Virus record (IMG/VR): IMGVR_UViG_3300037247_000395
Span: 1 to 58,914 of that record
Strand: one strand, 5' to 3'
Length of the DNA: 58,914 bases
Source: a virus
Taxonomy: Duplodnaviria; Caudoviricetes
The notes under the pieces are model-generated. The model had not been told where the DNA came from. It was given only the letters and a program-made list of their open reading frames with translations, and made no database searches. The translations under genes and the position numbers were made by a program. Position 1 is the first letter of the stretch. Every line of letters starts with the position of its first letter. This document shows, piece after piece, positions 1-9,124 of the stretch.

Positions 1-223
1 CCCTTTTTTTAGTCCGTACGGTGATTTAGGGACATGACAATTAGCGTACAGGAGAAGCCCAGCGTGATCGGTAGGACGGAGGAAACCAAAGTGTCGTTCG
101 TGCGTTGTGTGGCGATAGAGACGTATTGCGCTCGGTGCCGCCACGAGATCAATGGCTGGTGGTGGCACCTGATCCGCCATCGCCATTGGCCGCGCCGGAG
201 CGAACCCCTGGTGCGAGTGAGTC

Positions 224-634
224 ATGGTTAGGGCCAAGTCCCCTGAGACGCGCCAGCGACGCAACAAGAGCGCGACGGCCGCGACGCTGGTGGCTGGCGC
301 CGGGGCGACCGAGGCGCCGAAGCTCCCAGCGGGAATCAAGCGGAAGGAAACGCGGGCGTGGTGGAAGGCCATCTGGGGATCGCCGATGGCGAAGGAATGG
401 CTGCCGTCGGACAGCGAGCCGCTGCTAAGGCTGGCCGTGTTGGTGGAGGACTTCTGGACGAAGCCGACGAAGGAGTTGGCCGCCGAGATCTCGAAGGCCG
501 AGGCGCGGTTCGGGCTGACGCCATACGACCGGCACCGAATGGACTGGAAGGTTGAGCAGCCTAGCGCGAAGCCAGCGGCGCGACCCGTTAGGAAAGGCAG
601 GGACCCGCGCGAGCTGTTGCGGGTAGTGAGATGA
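224..634 (+). CDS. terS: Terminase small subunit (P27-like)
   Basis: 136 aa; Trp-rich core and 'EARFGLTPYDRHRM' motif resembling P27-family TerS; upstream of TerL. Confidence 0.85.
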   Translation: MVRAKSPETRQRRNKSATAATLVAGAGATEAPKLPAGIKRKETRAWWKAIWGSPMAKEWLPSDSEPLLRLAVLVEDFWTKPTKELAAEISKAEARFGLTPYDRHRMDWKVEQPSAKPAARPVRKGRDPRELLRVVR

Positions 635-644
635 AGGAGGACAG

Positions 645-956
645 ATGAGAACGCTGCGATGGTATCTGAGACGAGAAGTGATCATGGAGCGGCTCTGGGA
701 GCCCGTTCGCCGTAGGCTTCACCGAGTCCGCCAGTTACGGATCGAACGCGACTACTATCAGGCGGCTGTGCACGATGATGGTGCTGCATATCGTGGGGCC
801 CTAAGGCGCATCATGCACGAACTCGGCGTACCTGGTGAGGGCTATCCAGCGCCCATCGCGAATGCTTGGTACATCGCTGACGCTGCGCTGAACGGTCATC
901 GTTTCGCGGTGGGCGACGAAGAACATGCGAGCAACGCCGTAGCCGTGGCTCGGTGA
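645..956 (+). CDS. Hypothetical protein
   Basis: Strong RBS (aaggagg), 103 aa ORF. Confidence 0.6.
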   Translation: MRTLRWYLRREVIMERLWEPVRRRLHRVRQLRIERDYYQAAVHDDGAAYRGALRRIMHELGVPGEGYPAPIANAWYIADAALNGHRFAVGDEEHASNAVAVAR

Positions 957-1105
957 CTACGCTGATCGTCCCAGCGCTACCTAAGATTATCGTCGAGAAG
1001 GGGAAGGCGTCTGTTTGGCATGTGATTGGTTTGGATGGTATCTGTAAGACGCCGCGCCCAGAAGCCATCTGCTCATGTGGTCGCCTCGCATTGGAGTGGC
1101 TATGA
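953..1105 (+). CDS. Small hypothetical protein whose N-terminus copies that of TerL
   Basis: GTG start overlapping upstream stop, ATGA overlap with TerL; begins MTTLIVPAL. Confidence 0.5.
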   Translation: MTTLIVPALPKIIVEKGKASVWHVIGLDGICKTPRPEAICSCGRLALEWL

Positions 1106-2751
1106 CCACCCTGATCGTCCCGGCGATGGAAGCCGAAGGCGAAGAGTGGCCCAGCCTCGGCTTCCAGGTATGCCAGTTCATAGAGCAGAACCTTGTGTTT
1201 GGCCCCGGCGACCTGCGGGGCCTACCTGCCAAGCTGGACAAAGAGAAAGAGTTGCTGATCTGGCGTGCGTATGAGGTGTATCCTCAGGGCCACCCCAAGG
1301 CTGGCCGGCGGCGCTTCCGGCGCGTCTGCTTCTCTCTCAGAAAAGGGGTGGCGAAAACAGAACTCATGGCGTGGATCGCTGCTGTCGAGTTGCATCACGA
1401 GGGGCCGGTGCGCTGCGACGGCTTCCGCGAGGGGCAGCCTGTCGGGCGACCCGTCACCGACCCCTACATCCCCCTGGTGGCCTACACAGAAGAACAGACC
1501 GAAGACCTGGCCTATCACGCCCTGTTTACAGTCATCACCGAGGGGCCGCTAGTGAATGACTTCGACGTGGGGCTAGAGCGCATCATGCGCGCGAAGGGCG
1601 ACGGTAAGGCGGTGGCACTGGCGGCTGCCCCCAACGCCCGCGACGGTGCCCGCACGACTTGGCAAGCCTTTGACGAGACTCATCATTGGACTTCGGCACG
1701 ACTCAAGAAGGCGCACTCCACGATGATGGCCAACTTGCCTAAGCGGTTCGCGTCCGACGCTTGGGCGCTGGAGACCACGACGGCATTCGCTATCGGTGAG
1801 AACAGCGTCGCCGAGGATACCATGAGCTATGCGCGGCAGATAGACGAGGGCAAGATCAAGGATCCTCAGCTCTTCTACTTTCACCGGCAGGCGTCGCCCG
1901 ATCTCGACATCACTGAGCCCGAGCAGTTGCGGACTGCCGTCAACGAAGCGTCGGGGCCGACGGCGGAGTGGTCAGACCTTGATGGTATCTTCGCTCAGTT
2001 CCAGGACCCGACCGCAGACCTGCCCTTGCTGGAACGCCTGTGGCTGAACCGTCCGATAGCGGGCGGCGGCCGCGCCTTCCCGGCTGGTCGCTGGGCCGAG
2101 CTCGTGAACGGCTGGGCCATTTGGACGGGCCGAAAAGAGCCGGCGGAGGGTAGGCTGATCACGCTTGGCTTTGACGGCTCACGCTTCGGTGACGCCACGG
2201 CCATCATCGGCACCGACGTCATGACGGGCTACCAATGGGTCGTGGGCATGTGGGAGCCCCCACCGACGCCGAAGGATGGCGGAGAGCGGTGGACGGTTCA
2301 GGTAGAGGACGTGAACGCCGCTGTGGCCGACGCCTTCACCCGCTGGCAGGTCTATCGGTTCTACTGCGACCCGCCGCTCTGGGGGAGCGAGATTGCGGCA
2401 TGGGCTGGGGAGTACAATGCGGATGATAAGGTGGTGGTAGAATGGTGGACGAACCAGTACCGCAAGATGGCTTACGCCCTCCAGGACTACCGGACGGCGA
2501 TGATCGACGGCGCGGTATCGCACGACGGCAACGAGGCGTTCGCCCGGCATGTCGCCAACGCCTGTAGGCAGGAGACGAACTTTCGTAACGAGGATACCGA
2601 CGAGTTCATGTGGATCATCAGGAAGGATCGCAAGGACTCGCCGTTCAAGATCGATGGGGGAATGGCTGGGTGCCTGAGCTGGCAGGCGCGTGACGATGCG
2701 ATAGCATTAGGGGTAGAGGCCGAGGAGCCTGCGGGTGTGTTCTTTGCGTAG
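1102..2751 (+). CDS. terL: Terminase large subunit
   Basis: Walker A-like RKGVAKTE, Walker B AFDETH, nuclease LGFDGS and C-terminal KIDG; start moved to ATG 1102 after ggag RBS. Confidence 0.95.
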   Translation: MTTLIVPAMEAEGEEWPSLGFQVCQFIEQNLVFGPGDLRGLPAKLDKEKELLIWRAYEVYPQGHPKAGRRRFRRVCFSLRKGVAKTELMAWIAAVELHHEGPVRCDGFREGQPVGRPVTDPYIPLVAYTEEQTEDLAYHALFTVITEGPLVNDFDVGLERIMRAKGDGKAVALAAAPNARDGARTTWQAFDETHHWTSARLKKAHSTMMANLPKRFASDAWALETTTAFAIGENSVAEDTMSYARQIDEGKIKDPQLFYFHRQASPDLDITEPEQLRTAVNEASGPTAEWSDLDGIFAQFQDPTADLPLLERLWLNRPIAGGGRAFPAGRWAELVNGWAIWTGRKEPAEGRLITLGFDGSRFGDATAIIGTDVMTGYQWVVGMWEPPPTPKDGGERWTVQVEDVNAAVADAFTRWQVYRFYCDPPLWGSEIAAWAGEYNADDKVVVEWWTNQYRKMAYALQDYRTAMIDGAVSHDGNEAFARHVANACRQETNFRNEDTDEFMWIIRKDRKDSPFKIDGGMAGCLSWQARDDAIALGVEAEEPAGVFFA

Positions 2752-4060
2752 TACGTTGCAATGTGGCAAGTGCGAGGCGGTGATTATCGCAGACTGGTGT
2801 CCTTGTGGTTTGGCGCAAGAGACGTTAGCGACGCCGTACGCCCCACCGCTACCGCCCAGAGGGACTAAGATAGACCAGATGCTCTTTGGCGCGCAGCGAA
2901 CGTCGGACGTGTCGAGCATCCCAGTCGGCGTGAAGTGTCATCTACAACTACCGGACTATGCGCCATGGGATGATGAGAAGTGGGGCTGGCCTATGCACCC
3001 TGGCGCTCGCCCCCCTGAAGTGCCGATGACAGATGAGGAGCGCCATCGATTCGCACTAGACGCGCGAGTTCGCAAGCTAGAGGGCCAAGCGCGCAGGCTG
3101 ATGAGAGAAGTAGCGGCGGTTGACGAAGAGCGGAGGTTAATGCATGAAGCTACCGCAACTGATGGACGCTGATGACTATCTTATCCTGGCACGGGGCGGC
3201 ATACTCTGTGTGCTGGCTCTCAGCCTACTAGTGGCCCTCGCGGCTGCCGTGGGCCTGGCCTGGCTGGTGTTCCAGTGGGCGGCGGGGGGGCTGTGATGAT
3301 AGAGCTTATCGAGCCGCTGAGTGTCGACGTGGACGTTAGGGTGCGTTGTCCCTGTGGCGCTAAGGCTGGCGGCCCAAGAGCAGACATCATACACCTTGAG
3401 GAGATATGGGGTATGCCGGGCTACGAGAAGATCACGCAGGAAGCGTCGCTCGGCGTAGACTGTCACTATTGTCACCGCACGTTTCGGCTGATCTGCCGGG
3501 TAGAGGCTGAGAAGTGATCGGCCTCGACCACTTGGACGCCCCGACATCCGGCACCATCTTGGTTGGCCCTGAGATAGTGCAGCCGACGAATTGCCCGGTG
3601 TGCGGTCTCTGGCTAGCGTTCAAGCGCAACACGCCAGAGGGTTGGCTGACGTACTGCATCAATGGCTGCAACGGAAGGCGGCTGGGCGTCAAGGGCCTGG
3701 TGACGGCATGAAGTACGCTGAGGCCGCTAACGCTTTCGCGCTAGCCGTTGCAACATACTGGCCGTCGGCCAATCCGATACGCCAGCGGGGCTGGCGGAAT
3801 ACCCTGATCTGGGAGCGGCTGCGCGGGATCGCGTGGGAAGGATGGGCAGCGTGATCACCCTCAATGCCCAAGTCGAAGTAAGCCCCGAAACCGCTGCGGC
3901 AATAGAGCGCTTTGGCTTATCGCGGTTCGGCGAGATGATCCACGAGCAGACGATCAAGATAGTGGGCGAGGCGATGCTTTTGGAGGCGCTCTATGGCTTG
4001 ACCACCGAGCAGGCCATGCAAGCCGCGATGTGCTTGGGGATGCGGGGCGATACGGCGTGA
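2735..4060 (+). other. Cluster of small hypothetical genes, several with CxxC Zn-ribbon motifs (2735-3172, 3296-3517, 3514-3711, 3851-4060)
   Basis: Overlapping start/stop codons, CxxC pairs. Confidence 0.5.
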
Positions 4061-4207
4061 CCTATATCGGCCAATCTCGCCGCTTGCGCCGGGCCGTGCT
4101 CATACTGCGCGAGCATATCCGGCGCGACATGATCAAGCGCCCCTGGCTGTACGTGGGGCTGGCGCTGGCGTACATTCCGATTCGGCTCCTAGTGGAGGTG
4201 CTGTAGC

Positions 4208-5809
4208 ATGACGACCCTATTCAAGAACCCGTTCGCCCCTACCAACCGGGCACCCTTCCAAGAGTTTCCGGTGTCTCACGGCACAGCGCTGCCTAGCCAG
4301 TACGGCAACTACGCCCGCGCCTACTCGGGGAATGAGATCGTCTTCGCTTGCATTAAGATGCTCGCAGACTCAGTAGGGGAGCCGCACATCGTGGGGCGGA
4401 AATTTCAGCGCAACAGCCCCGAGATCCGCAATGAGGAGAAACGGCTGCTTGATCGGGGCGTGTCCTTGCGCGACGCACAGGCCCGCATGATCCAGAATGG
4501 CTTCTTCAAGGACCTGCCTACACACCCGCTGATAAAGCTGCTCGACAACCCGAACCCGTGGATGTCGCGCGGCGATCAGTGGGGCCATGTCGTAATGGAC
4601 CGCGCCCTCGCTGGTAACGCTTATCTGCTCAAGGCGCGCTGGCCGGAAGGCCCACTGGCGGGCACGGTGGCCGAGCTCTGGCGCCTGCGGCCCGACCGCG
4701 TGAAGATCATCCCCAGCAAGACGGACTACATTGAGGCGTACGAGTACAACGCCGGGCGCGACACGGTGAAGTTCCCACCGGAAGACATCATCCACTTCAA
4801 GACACGCAATCCACACGACAACTATTACGGGATGCCAACGGTGCTACCCATCCTGAGCCGCGTGGCTATCGATGAGTACATGCGGGGATTCCTGCGAACG
4901 TTCTTCGAGCGCGGGGGTACCGGGCCTGGCGCTATCCTGACCGTCAAGCAGAAGGTCACGCCAGCAGACAAGGACGCAATACGCGAGCGCTTCGGGCGTC
5001 AGTTCGGGCTCCAGGGCGGCTTCCACGAGCTGATGGTGCTTGATCAGGCGGAGTCCAGCTATCAGAACCTCGGGCTTGACCGTGGACTACGCGACGCGCT
5101 GCCGAAGGAACTAGACGCAGTAACCGAGGCGCGCATCGCCATGGTATTCGGCATCCCTGGCAGCCTCGTGGGCCTGCTGATCGCCTACAATGCGGGCTCG
5201 GGCTTCGCCGGAAAACGATCCGACTGGCAGGTGTTCTGGAAGCTCACGATGACGCCGCTACTGGCGGACATGGCTGCCGATCTGAATCGCCAGCTTGTGC
5301 CGGACTTCGGAAACATTGACGAGGTGCTGTTCAACCTGGCCGACATCTGGGCGCTGCAAGAGGACGTTGACAAGCTGCACGAGCGGGCGCGGCAGGATTA
5401 TGCGGCCGGCGGCCTGGGCTTCAAGGAGTTCCGTGAGTTGATCGGCCGGAACCCGGCCCTCACAGATGACGTGCTCATGGTGCCGCGCCTGAGCGTGCCG
5501 ACGCCTGTTGAGCAACTGGGCGAGGTGTTGCTACCGGACGCGGCAGAGAGAGCGCCGAAGGTAGAGGTTGACGAAGAGGCCGAGCGGGTGCCCGAGGCGC
5601 AGGACTTCTTGGCCTCGCCGGTTCTTGCCGAGGTACATCACAAGTGCGGGCGCCTCATCGCCAAGGAGGTGATGGGCGACCCGGAACTCTATTGCGGCAA
5701 GTGCAAAGTTACCTTCAGGCCGCACGACGTAGAGCCGGGAACCGTCACTAAGAAGGTGCTGCGTGACGAAGAGGGCCGGATCGCTGAGGTAGTGGAGGTG
5801 AGATCATGA
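4208..5809 (+). CDS. Portal protein (HK97 family) with C-terminal extension
   Basis: 'HPLIKLLDNPNPWMS', 'GNAY', 'LRPDRV', 'IIHFK...YYGMP', 'IAMVFGIP' motifs; RBS ggagg. Confidence 0.95.
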   Translation: MTTLFKNPFAPTNRAPFQEFPVSHGTALPSQYGNYARAYSGNEIVFACIKMLADSVGEPHIVGRKFQRNSPEIRNEEKRLLDRGVSLRDAQARMIQNGFFKDLPTHPLIKLLDNPNPWMSRGDQWGHVVMDRALAGNAYLLKARWPEGPLAGTVAELWRLRPDRVKIIPSKTDYIEAYEYNAGRDTVKFPPEDIIHFKTRNPHDNYYGMPTVLPILSRVAIDEYMRGFLRTFFERGGTGPGAILTVKQKVTPADKDAIRERFGRQFGLQGGFHELMVLDQAESSYQNLGLDRGLRDALPKELDAVTEARIAMVFGIPGSLVGLLIAYNAGSGFAGKRSDWQVFWKLTMTPLLADMAADLNRQLVPDFGNIDEVLFNLADIWALQEDVDKLHERARQDYAAGGLGFKEFRELIGRNPALTDDVLMVPRLSVPTPVEQLGEVLLPDAAERAPKVEVDEEAERVPEAQDFLASPVLAEVHHKCGRLIAKEVMGDPELYCGKCKVTFRPHDVEPGTVTKKVLRDEEGRIAEVVEVRS

Positions 5810-6090
5810 TCTTGGCACGGTTCAGGCGGAGGAAGCCCGCCGAGAGGCCAGCGCGGACGAAGGCGCGCCAGGCGGTAGAGAAGCTGCAAGCTGGCAGGCC
5901 TTACGAAATCTTTCCCGGTGCCAACGGAGGGGGAGATTACTGCCCATCCTGTGGTCACGAGCGCCAGTCACGCGGCGAAGAGTGGCGCTTGCTCTCGGGT
6001 GAATGCAGGGGCCGCAAGCATGTAGGCCGGTGTCTGGGCTGTGGGCACTGTCAGCCATTCACGGCAGACCAAGCACGGTTATGGGAGTAA
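5806..6090 (+). CDS. Hypothetical Cys-rich protein
   Basis: ATGA overlap with portal stop, RBS ggagg, CxxC motifs. Confidence 0.5.
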   Translation: MILARFRRRKPAERPARTKARQAVEKLQAGRPYEIFPGANGGGDYCPSCGHERQSRGEEWRLLSGECRGRKHVGRCLGCGHCQPFTADQARLWE

Positions 6091-6094
6091 CATC

Positions 6095-6454
6095 ATGACG
6101 CTGATAAATGGTTTCGCAGCGGAAGTAAGAGACGGATGGCTCGCTGGCCTCTCAGGGCGCGGCCTGTTCCTGGGCCTCTTCGATGGGGAGGACGAACTGA
6201 ACGACCCGGAGTATGAGCGGCAGCCTATTGAGTTCGGGCCACCGCAGACTACGGAAGGCGATGTGCGGTTTGTGGCAAACGTGAACGAGGCTACCTTTCG
6301 GAAGATGGGAAGCGAACAGTCTATTGATGGCTGGGGCGTCTTCGATGAACGAGGGGAACACCTTGGGGGCGGGAGGCTCGAAGAGGCCCGCACGATTCTT
6401 GCGGGGGATCGCATCTTCTTCAACCCGGACTTCTTCACTCTCGGACTCCCGTAG
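6095..6454 (+). CDS. Putative virion structural protein
   Basis: 'LFLGLFDG...EL...YERQPIEF...N...F...WGVFD' pattern seen in phage structural proteins. Confidence 0.5.
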   Translation: MTLINGFAAEVRDGWLAGLSGRGLFLGLFDGEDELNDPEYERQPIEFGPPQTTEGDVRFVANVNEATFRKMGSEQSIDGWGVFDERGEHLGGGRLEEARTILAGDRIFFNPDFFTLGLP

Positions 6455-7212
6455 TGGCCACAGGCTGCGGCTTCTCGTCGGGCTTCGACCGTGGCTTTTG
6501 TGCCCCCGTCGCCGAGGAGGAGCGCCCGCCTAGTGGTGGTGGTGGCACAGGCGGCGGTGTAGCCCTACGCCGACGACGCCTTCGCCGAATCGAGATCAGG
6601 GGTGCGGCCCTCCAGTTCACGATAACGATAGGCCGCGTCCGCCTTCAGCAAAGGGTGGCCGGGGCGCTCATTGCGGGCATCGCAACGACGGGGCGCGTTG
6701 GTGTCCTACAGCGTCTCACTGGCGCGGCGGACTCGACAGCGAGCATAACGGGGCGGGCGGCTGTCGAGGCGCAGGTAGGCGGCGTAAGTCTAGCGCCAGC
6801 GCCGGCGGCGGTTGGGCGGGCGGCTGTTCAGGTCCAGGTAGGCGGCGTAAGTCTAGCGCCAGCGCCGGCGGCGGTCGGGCGGGTAGCAGTCCGAGCCGAA
6901 GTCAGCGGCGCAGTTGTCGCCCGTGCGCTAGTAGCGGGCAGGCTGGGCGTCCGCCCGGCGGTACAGCGGCGGGTCGCCATTGCGGGCGTGCTGCTGGCCG
7001 ATACCCCCGTCGCCTTCGGTGAGGTCCAGCGGGCTTTGGGTGTCGCTGGTAAGGCTTACGCAGTGCGTGCGGTCATGGCGGGCCAGGTCGGCGCGGTGTG
7101 CTCTGTGGCGGGCGGCGTAGCGCTCGTGCCTATGGTGATGGGGCGGGTTGAGGTAGATGACGAAGAGACAGCGTTGGCCATTCTGGGGCTGCCGAGCGAT
7201 GTTGTACTGTAG
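6454..7212 (+). CDS. Ala/Val/Gly-rich repeat protein, probably structural
   Basis: 252 aa, ~21-aa periodicity, internal 63-bp duplication. Confidence 0.5.
   Translation: MATGCGFSSGFDRGFCAPVAEEERPPSGGGGTGGGVALRRRRLRRIEIRGAALQFTITIGRVRLQQRVAGALIAGIATTGRVGVLQRLTGAADSTASITGRAAVEAQVGGVSLAPAPAAVGRAAVQVQVGGVSLAPAPAAVGRVAVRAEVSGAVVARALVAGRLGVRPAVQRRVAIAGVLLADTPVAFGEVQRALGVAGKAYAVRAVMAGQVGAVCSVAGGVALVPMVMGRVEVDDEETALAILGLPSDVVL
6772..6883 (+). repeat. Direct repeat with 63-bp period (caggtaggcggcgtaagtctagcgccagcgccggcggcggtYgggcggg)
   Basis: Copies start at 6772 and 6835, in frame in the 6454-7212 ORF. Confidence 0.9.
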
Positions 7213-7213
7213 A

Positions 7214-7222
7214 TGGTAGAAT
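7214..7222 (+). promoter_or_regulatory. Extended -10 promoter (TGgTAGAAT) for the tRNA cluster
   Basis: About 10 nt upstream of the first tRNA; near-identical to TGgTAGGATagag before the tRNA-like gene at 36365. Confidence 0.6.
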
Positions 7223-7231
7223 AGAGGTCGT

Positions 7232-7317
7232 GGAGACGCTAACATCGGTGTGTGTAGCGCTCTCGAAAAGCGTAGCCCGTAACAGGGTTGGGAGTTCGAA
7301 TCTCTCCGTCTCCGCCA
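7232..7317 (+). tRNA. tRNA-Ser(CGA)
   Basis: Acceptor GGAGACG/CGTCTCC, anticodon arm GCGCT-CT CGA AA-AGCGT, long variable arm, TTCGAAT T-loop, G73-CCA. Confidence 0.9.
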
Positions 7318-7324
7318 GCAGATT

Positions 7325-7401
7325 AGGGGCGTAGCCCAAATGGAAGAGGCGCTCGGTTTAAGCCCAGTCCAGTGCAGGTTCGAGCCCTGTCGCCCCTACC
7401 A
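7325..7401 (+). tRNA. tRNA-Leu(TAA), short variable arm, imperfect anticodon stem
   Basis: Acceptor AGGGGCG/CGCCCCT, T-arm GCAGG-TTCGAGC-CCTGT, loop TT TAA GC, A73-CCA. Confidence 0.75.
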
Positions 7402-7405
7402 TCGT

Positions 7406-7482
7406 AGCGCCGTAGCCCAACAGGTAGAGGCAGCGGTGTCAAGTCCCGTCCAGTGAGAGTTCGAATCTCTCCGGCGCTACCA
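7406..7482 (+). tRNA. tRNA-Leu(CAA), short variable arm
   Basis: Acceptor AGCGCCG/CGGCGCT, loop GT CAA GT, T-arm GAGAG-TTCGAAT-CTCTC, A73-CCA. Confidence 0.8.
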
Positions 7483-7485
7483 CGC

Positions 7486-7571
7486 GGAAATGATCCGGCT
7501 GGATGAGGAGCCTGGTTGCTAACCGGGTGGCTGTAAAAGGTTTGCAGGTTCGAGTCCTGCCGTTTCCGCCA
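7486..7571 (+). tRNA. tRNA-Ser(GCT)
   Basis: Acceptor GGAAATG/CGTTTCC, anticodon arm CCTGG-TT GCT AA-CCGGG, long variable arm, G73-CCA. Confidence 0.9.
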
Positions 7572-7585
7572 AGCCCCTCCACCTA

Positions 7586-7614
7586 TTGACATACCAGCTC
7601 GGCGGTTGTACCTT
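7586..7614 (+). promoter_or_regulatory. Sigma70-type promoter for the methyltransferase cassette
   Basis: TTGACA-17 nt-TACCTT. Confidence 0.7.
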
Positions 7615-7737
7615 CTAGGTACGACGATATGGCTACCCTCACACCGCTTTCAACTCGGGTTCCCGTCCCTGCCCTACCGCCATGTCGTCGCATCAACGTA
7701 GGCGGGGGCGGGGACCACTGTTTCTAAGGAGTAGCGC

Positions 7738-8607
7738 ATGGCCGACTGGGAAACATTAGTCAACGAGGGCATCGAGGCCCGCAAGCTGGGCGATCAGAGT
7801 GCCTGGCGACTGGGGGATCTGGCGGGCGACGTGCAGACCAGCTATGGCGAGGGCGACCTAGAGAAGTACGCGGCACGGGTCGGCGTCGTTGCGAAGACGC
7901 TGTATGACTACAAGCGGGTCGCCGCCAGATTTTCCGAACGTTCGGAAAATCTCACTTGGGGCCATCACCAGGTAGTTGCCGCCCAGCAAGGCGCTGAGGC
8001 GTGGCTGAGCCGTGCTGAGCTTGAGGGCTGGACAGTTGAGCAACTACGGCAGGCGATCCAGCCCCAGCCGGGCGAGGCTGGTCCGCTGCCAGCTGGCACG
8101 TATCAGGTTCTCTATGCTGATCCGCCTTGGGCTTACGACAACAGCGGATTCGAAACGAGCGCTGCCCAGCACTACCGGACTCTTACGCCAGACGAGATCG
8201 CCGAACTCAAAGACGACGACGGGCGCGGAGTGGCTACCATCGCGGCTGATTCCGCTGTCCTGTTCATGTGGGTGACGAATCCTCATCTGGAGGATATGTT
8301 CGTAGTCTTTCGCGGCTGGGGCTTCGTGTACAAAACCAACTTCGTCTGGGTGAAGACCCAGCAGGTGGCAGGCTTCTACAACTACGGGGCGCACGAGTTG
8401 CTGTGCGTGGCGACGAAGGGTTCATGCCTGCCCATCGAAGGCAGCCTTGTGCGGTCGGTCATTGAAGCGAAGCGCCGCGAGCACTCGCGCAAGCCTGATG
8501 AGGTGTATGCCTTGATCGAGGCGATGTACGATGGCCCGTACGTTGAGCTGTTCGCGCGCAACGAGCGGACAGGCTGGGCCTCGTGGGGTGACGAAATTGA
8601 TAGTTAA
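7738..8607 (+). CDS. MT-A70 family adenine methyltransferase with N-terminal LmbU-like HTH domain
   Basis: 'YADPPW', 'LFMWVT', 'WGFVYKTNFVWVK', 'EHSRKP', 'ELFAR...GW..WG'; N-terminal 'AWRLGD..YG..TLYDY..VA.RF..LTWGHH.VVA..WL..A...WT...LR'; RBS aaggag. Confidence 0.9.
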   Translation: MADWETLVNEGIEARKLGDQSAWRLGDLAGDVQTSYGEGDLEKYAARVGVVAKTLYDYKRVAARFSERSENLTWGHHQVVAAQQGAEAWLSRAELEGWTVEQLRQAIQPQPGEAGPLPAGTYQVLYADPPWAYDNSGFETSAAQHYRTLTPDEIAELKDDDGRGVATIAADSAVLFMWVTNPHLEDMFVVFRGWGFVYKTNFVWVKTQQVAGFYNYGAHELLCVATKGSCLPIEGSLVRSVIEAKRREHSRKPDEVYALIEAMYDGPYVELFARNERTGWASWGDEIDS

Positions 8608-8962
8608 GCCGGAGGAAATCACCTTTTACGCGAAGGGCGACGGCATGTATTGGGTGAGCGTCGCGTTCACCAATAGGGCAACCTGGGCTCCGGGCTTTGA
8701 GGATATCTGCCGAATGATTGTCGGGATCGGTGCCTGTGAGGATGCGAGGTATCCCGAGTCATGGCAAAAGGGGCGGAAGTTTATGGGGCCGTTGTTTGAA
8801 GCAGTGCTCCAGAAGCCGTTTAGGCAAGAGGCGACTTCATTGAACGGTGCTCAGTGGGATGCCTACTGGGCACCGATTGCGAAACGCTTCAACCTGAAGT
8901 ACAGGGAGAGCGGGGTGGCGGTGCCCGTTCAGGCGAAGCTGGATATAGGTATCCCCTCTTGA
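8588..8962 (+). CDS. Hypothetical protein coupled to the MT-A70 gene
   Basis: Overlaps the 3' end of the MTase gene; start uncertain. Confidence 0.55.
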   Translation: MTKLIVKPEEITFYAKGDGMYWVSVAFTNRATWAPGFEDICRMIVGIGACEDARYPESWQKGRKFMGPLFEAVLQKPFRQEATSLNGAQWDAYWAPIAKRFNLKYRESGVAVPVQAKLDIGIPS

Positions 8963-8987
8963 CAATCCCCCAGGACACCGTTAGCAT
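8959..8987 (+). promoter_or_regulatory. Sigma70-type promoter for the protease-capsid-tail operon
   Basis: TTGACA-17 nt-TAGCAT. Confidence 0.75.
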
Positions 8988-9075
8988 GTAGGCGACAACT
9001 GAATATGAGCGTTCTCGCGCTGCTCGCCAGCCAATGAGCGCCAGTTCCAGCGGGCCGTAGCGCCTTCAGCAGGCC

Positions 9076-9103
9076 AGCGCCCCTCAGGAGTGGGCGCTTT
9101 TTT
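9076..9103 (+). terminator. Intrinsic terminator-like hairpin in the capsid operon leader
   Basis: AGCGCCC/GGGCGCT stem followed by a T-tract. Confidence 0.7.
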
Positions 9104-9124
9104 CGTGCCTGCTGGGAGAGGCGT

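Noticed and set aside
7325-7482. Reading the two middle tRNAs as ochre (TTA) and opal (TCA) suppressors, implying stop-codon recoding
   Set aside because: Arm spacing, U33, G37 and A73 fit TAA and CAA (Leu); core genes are intact under the standard code.
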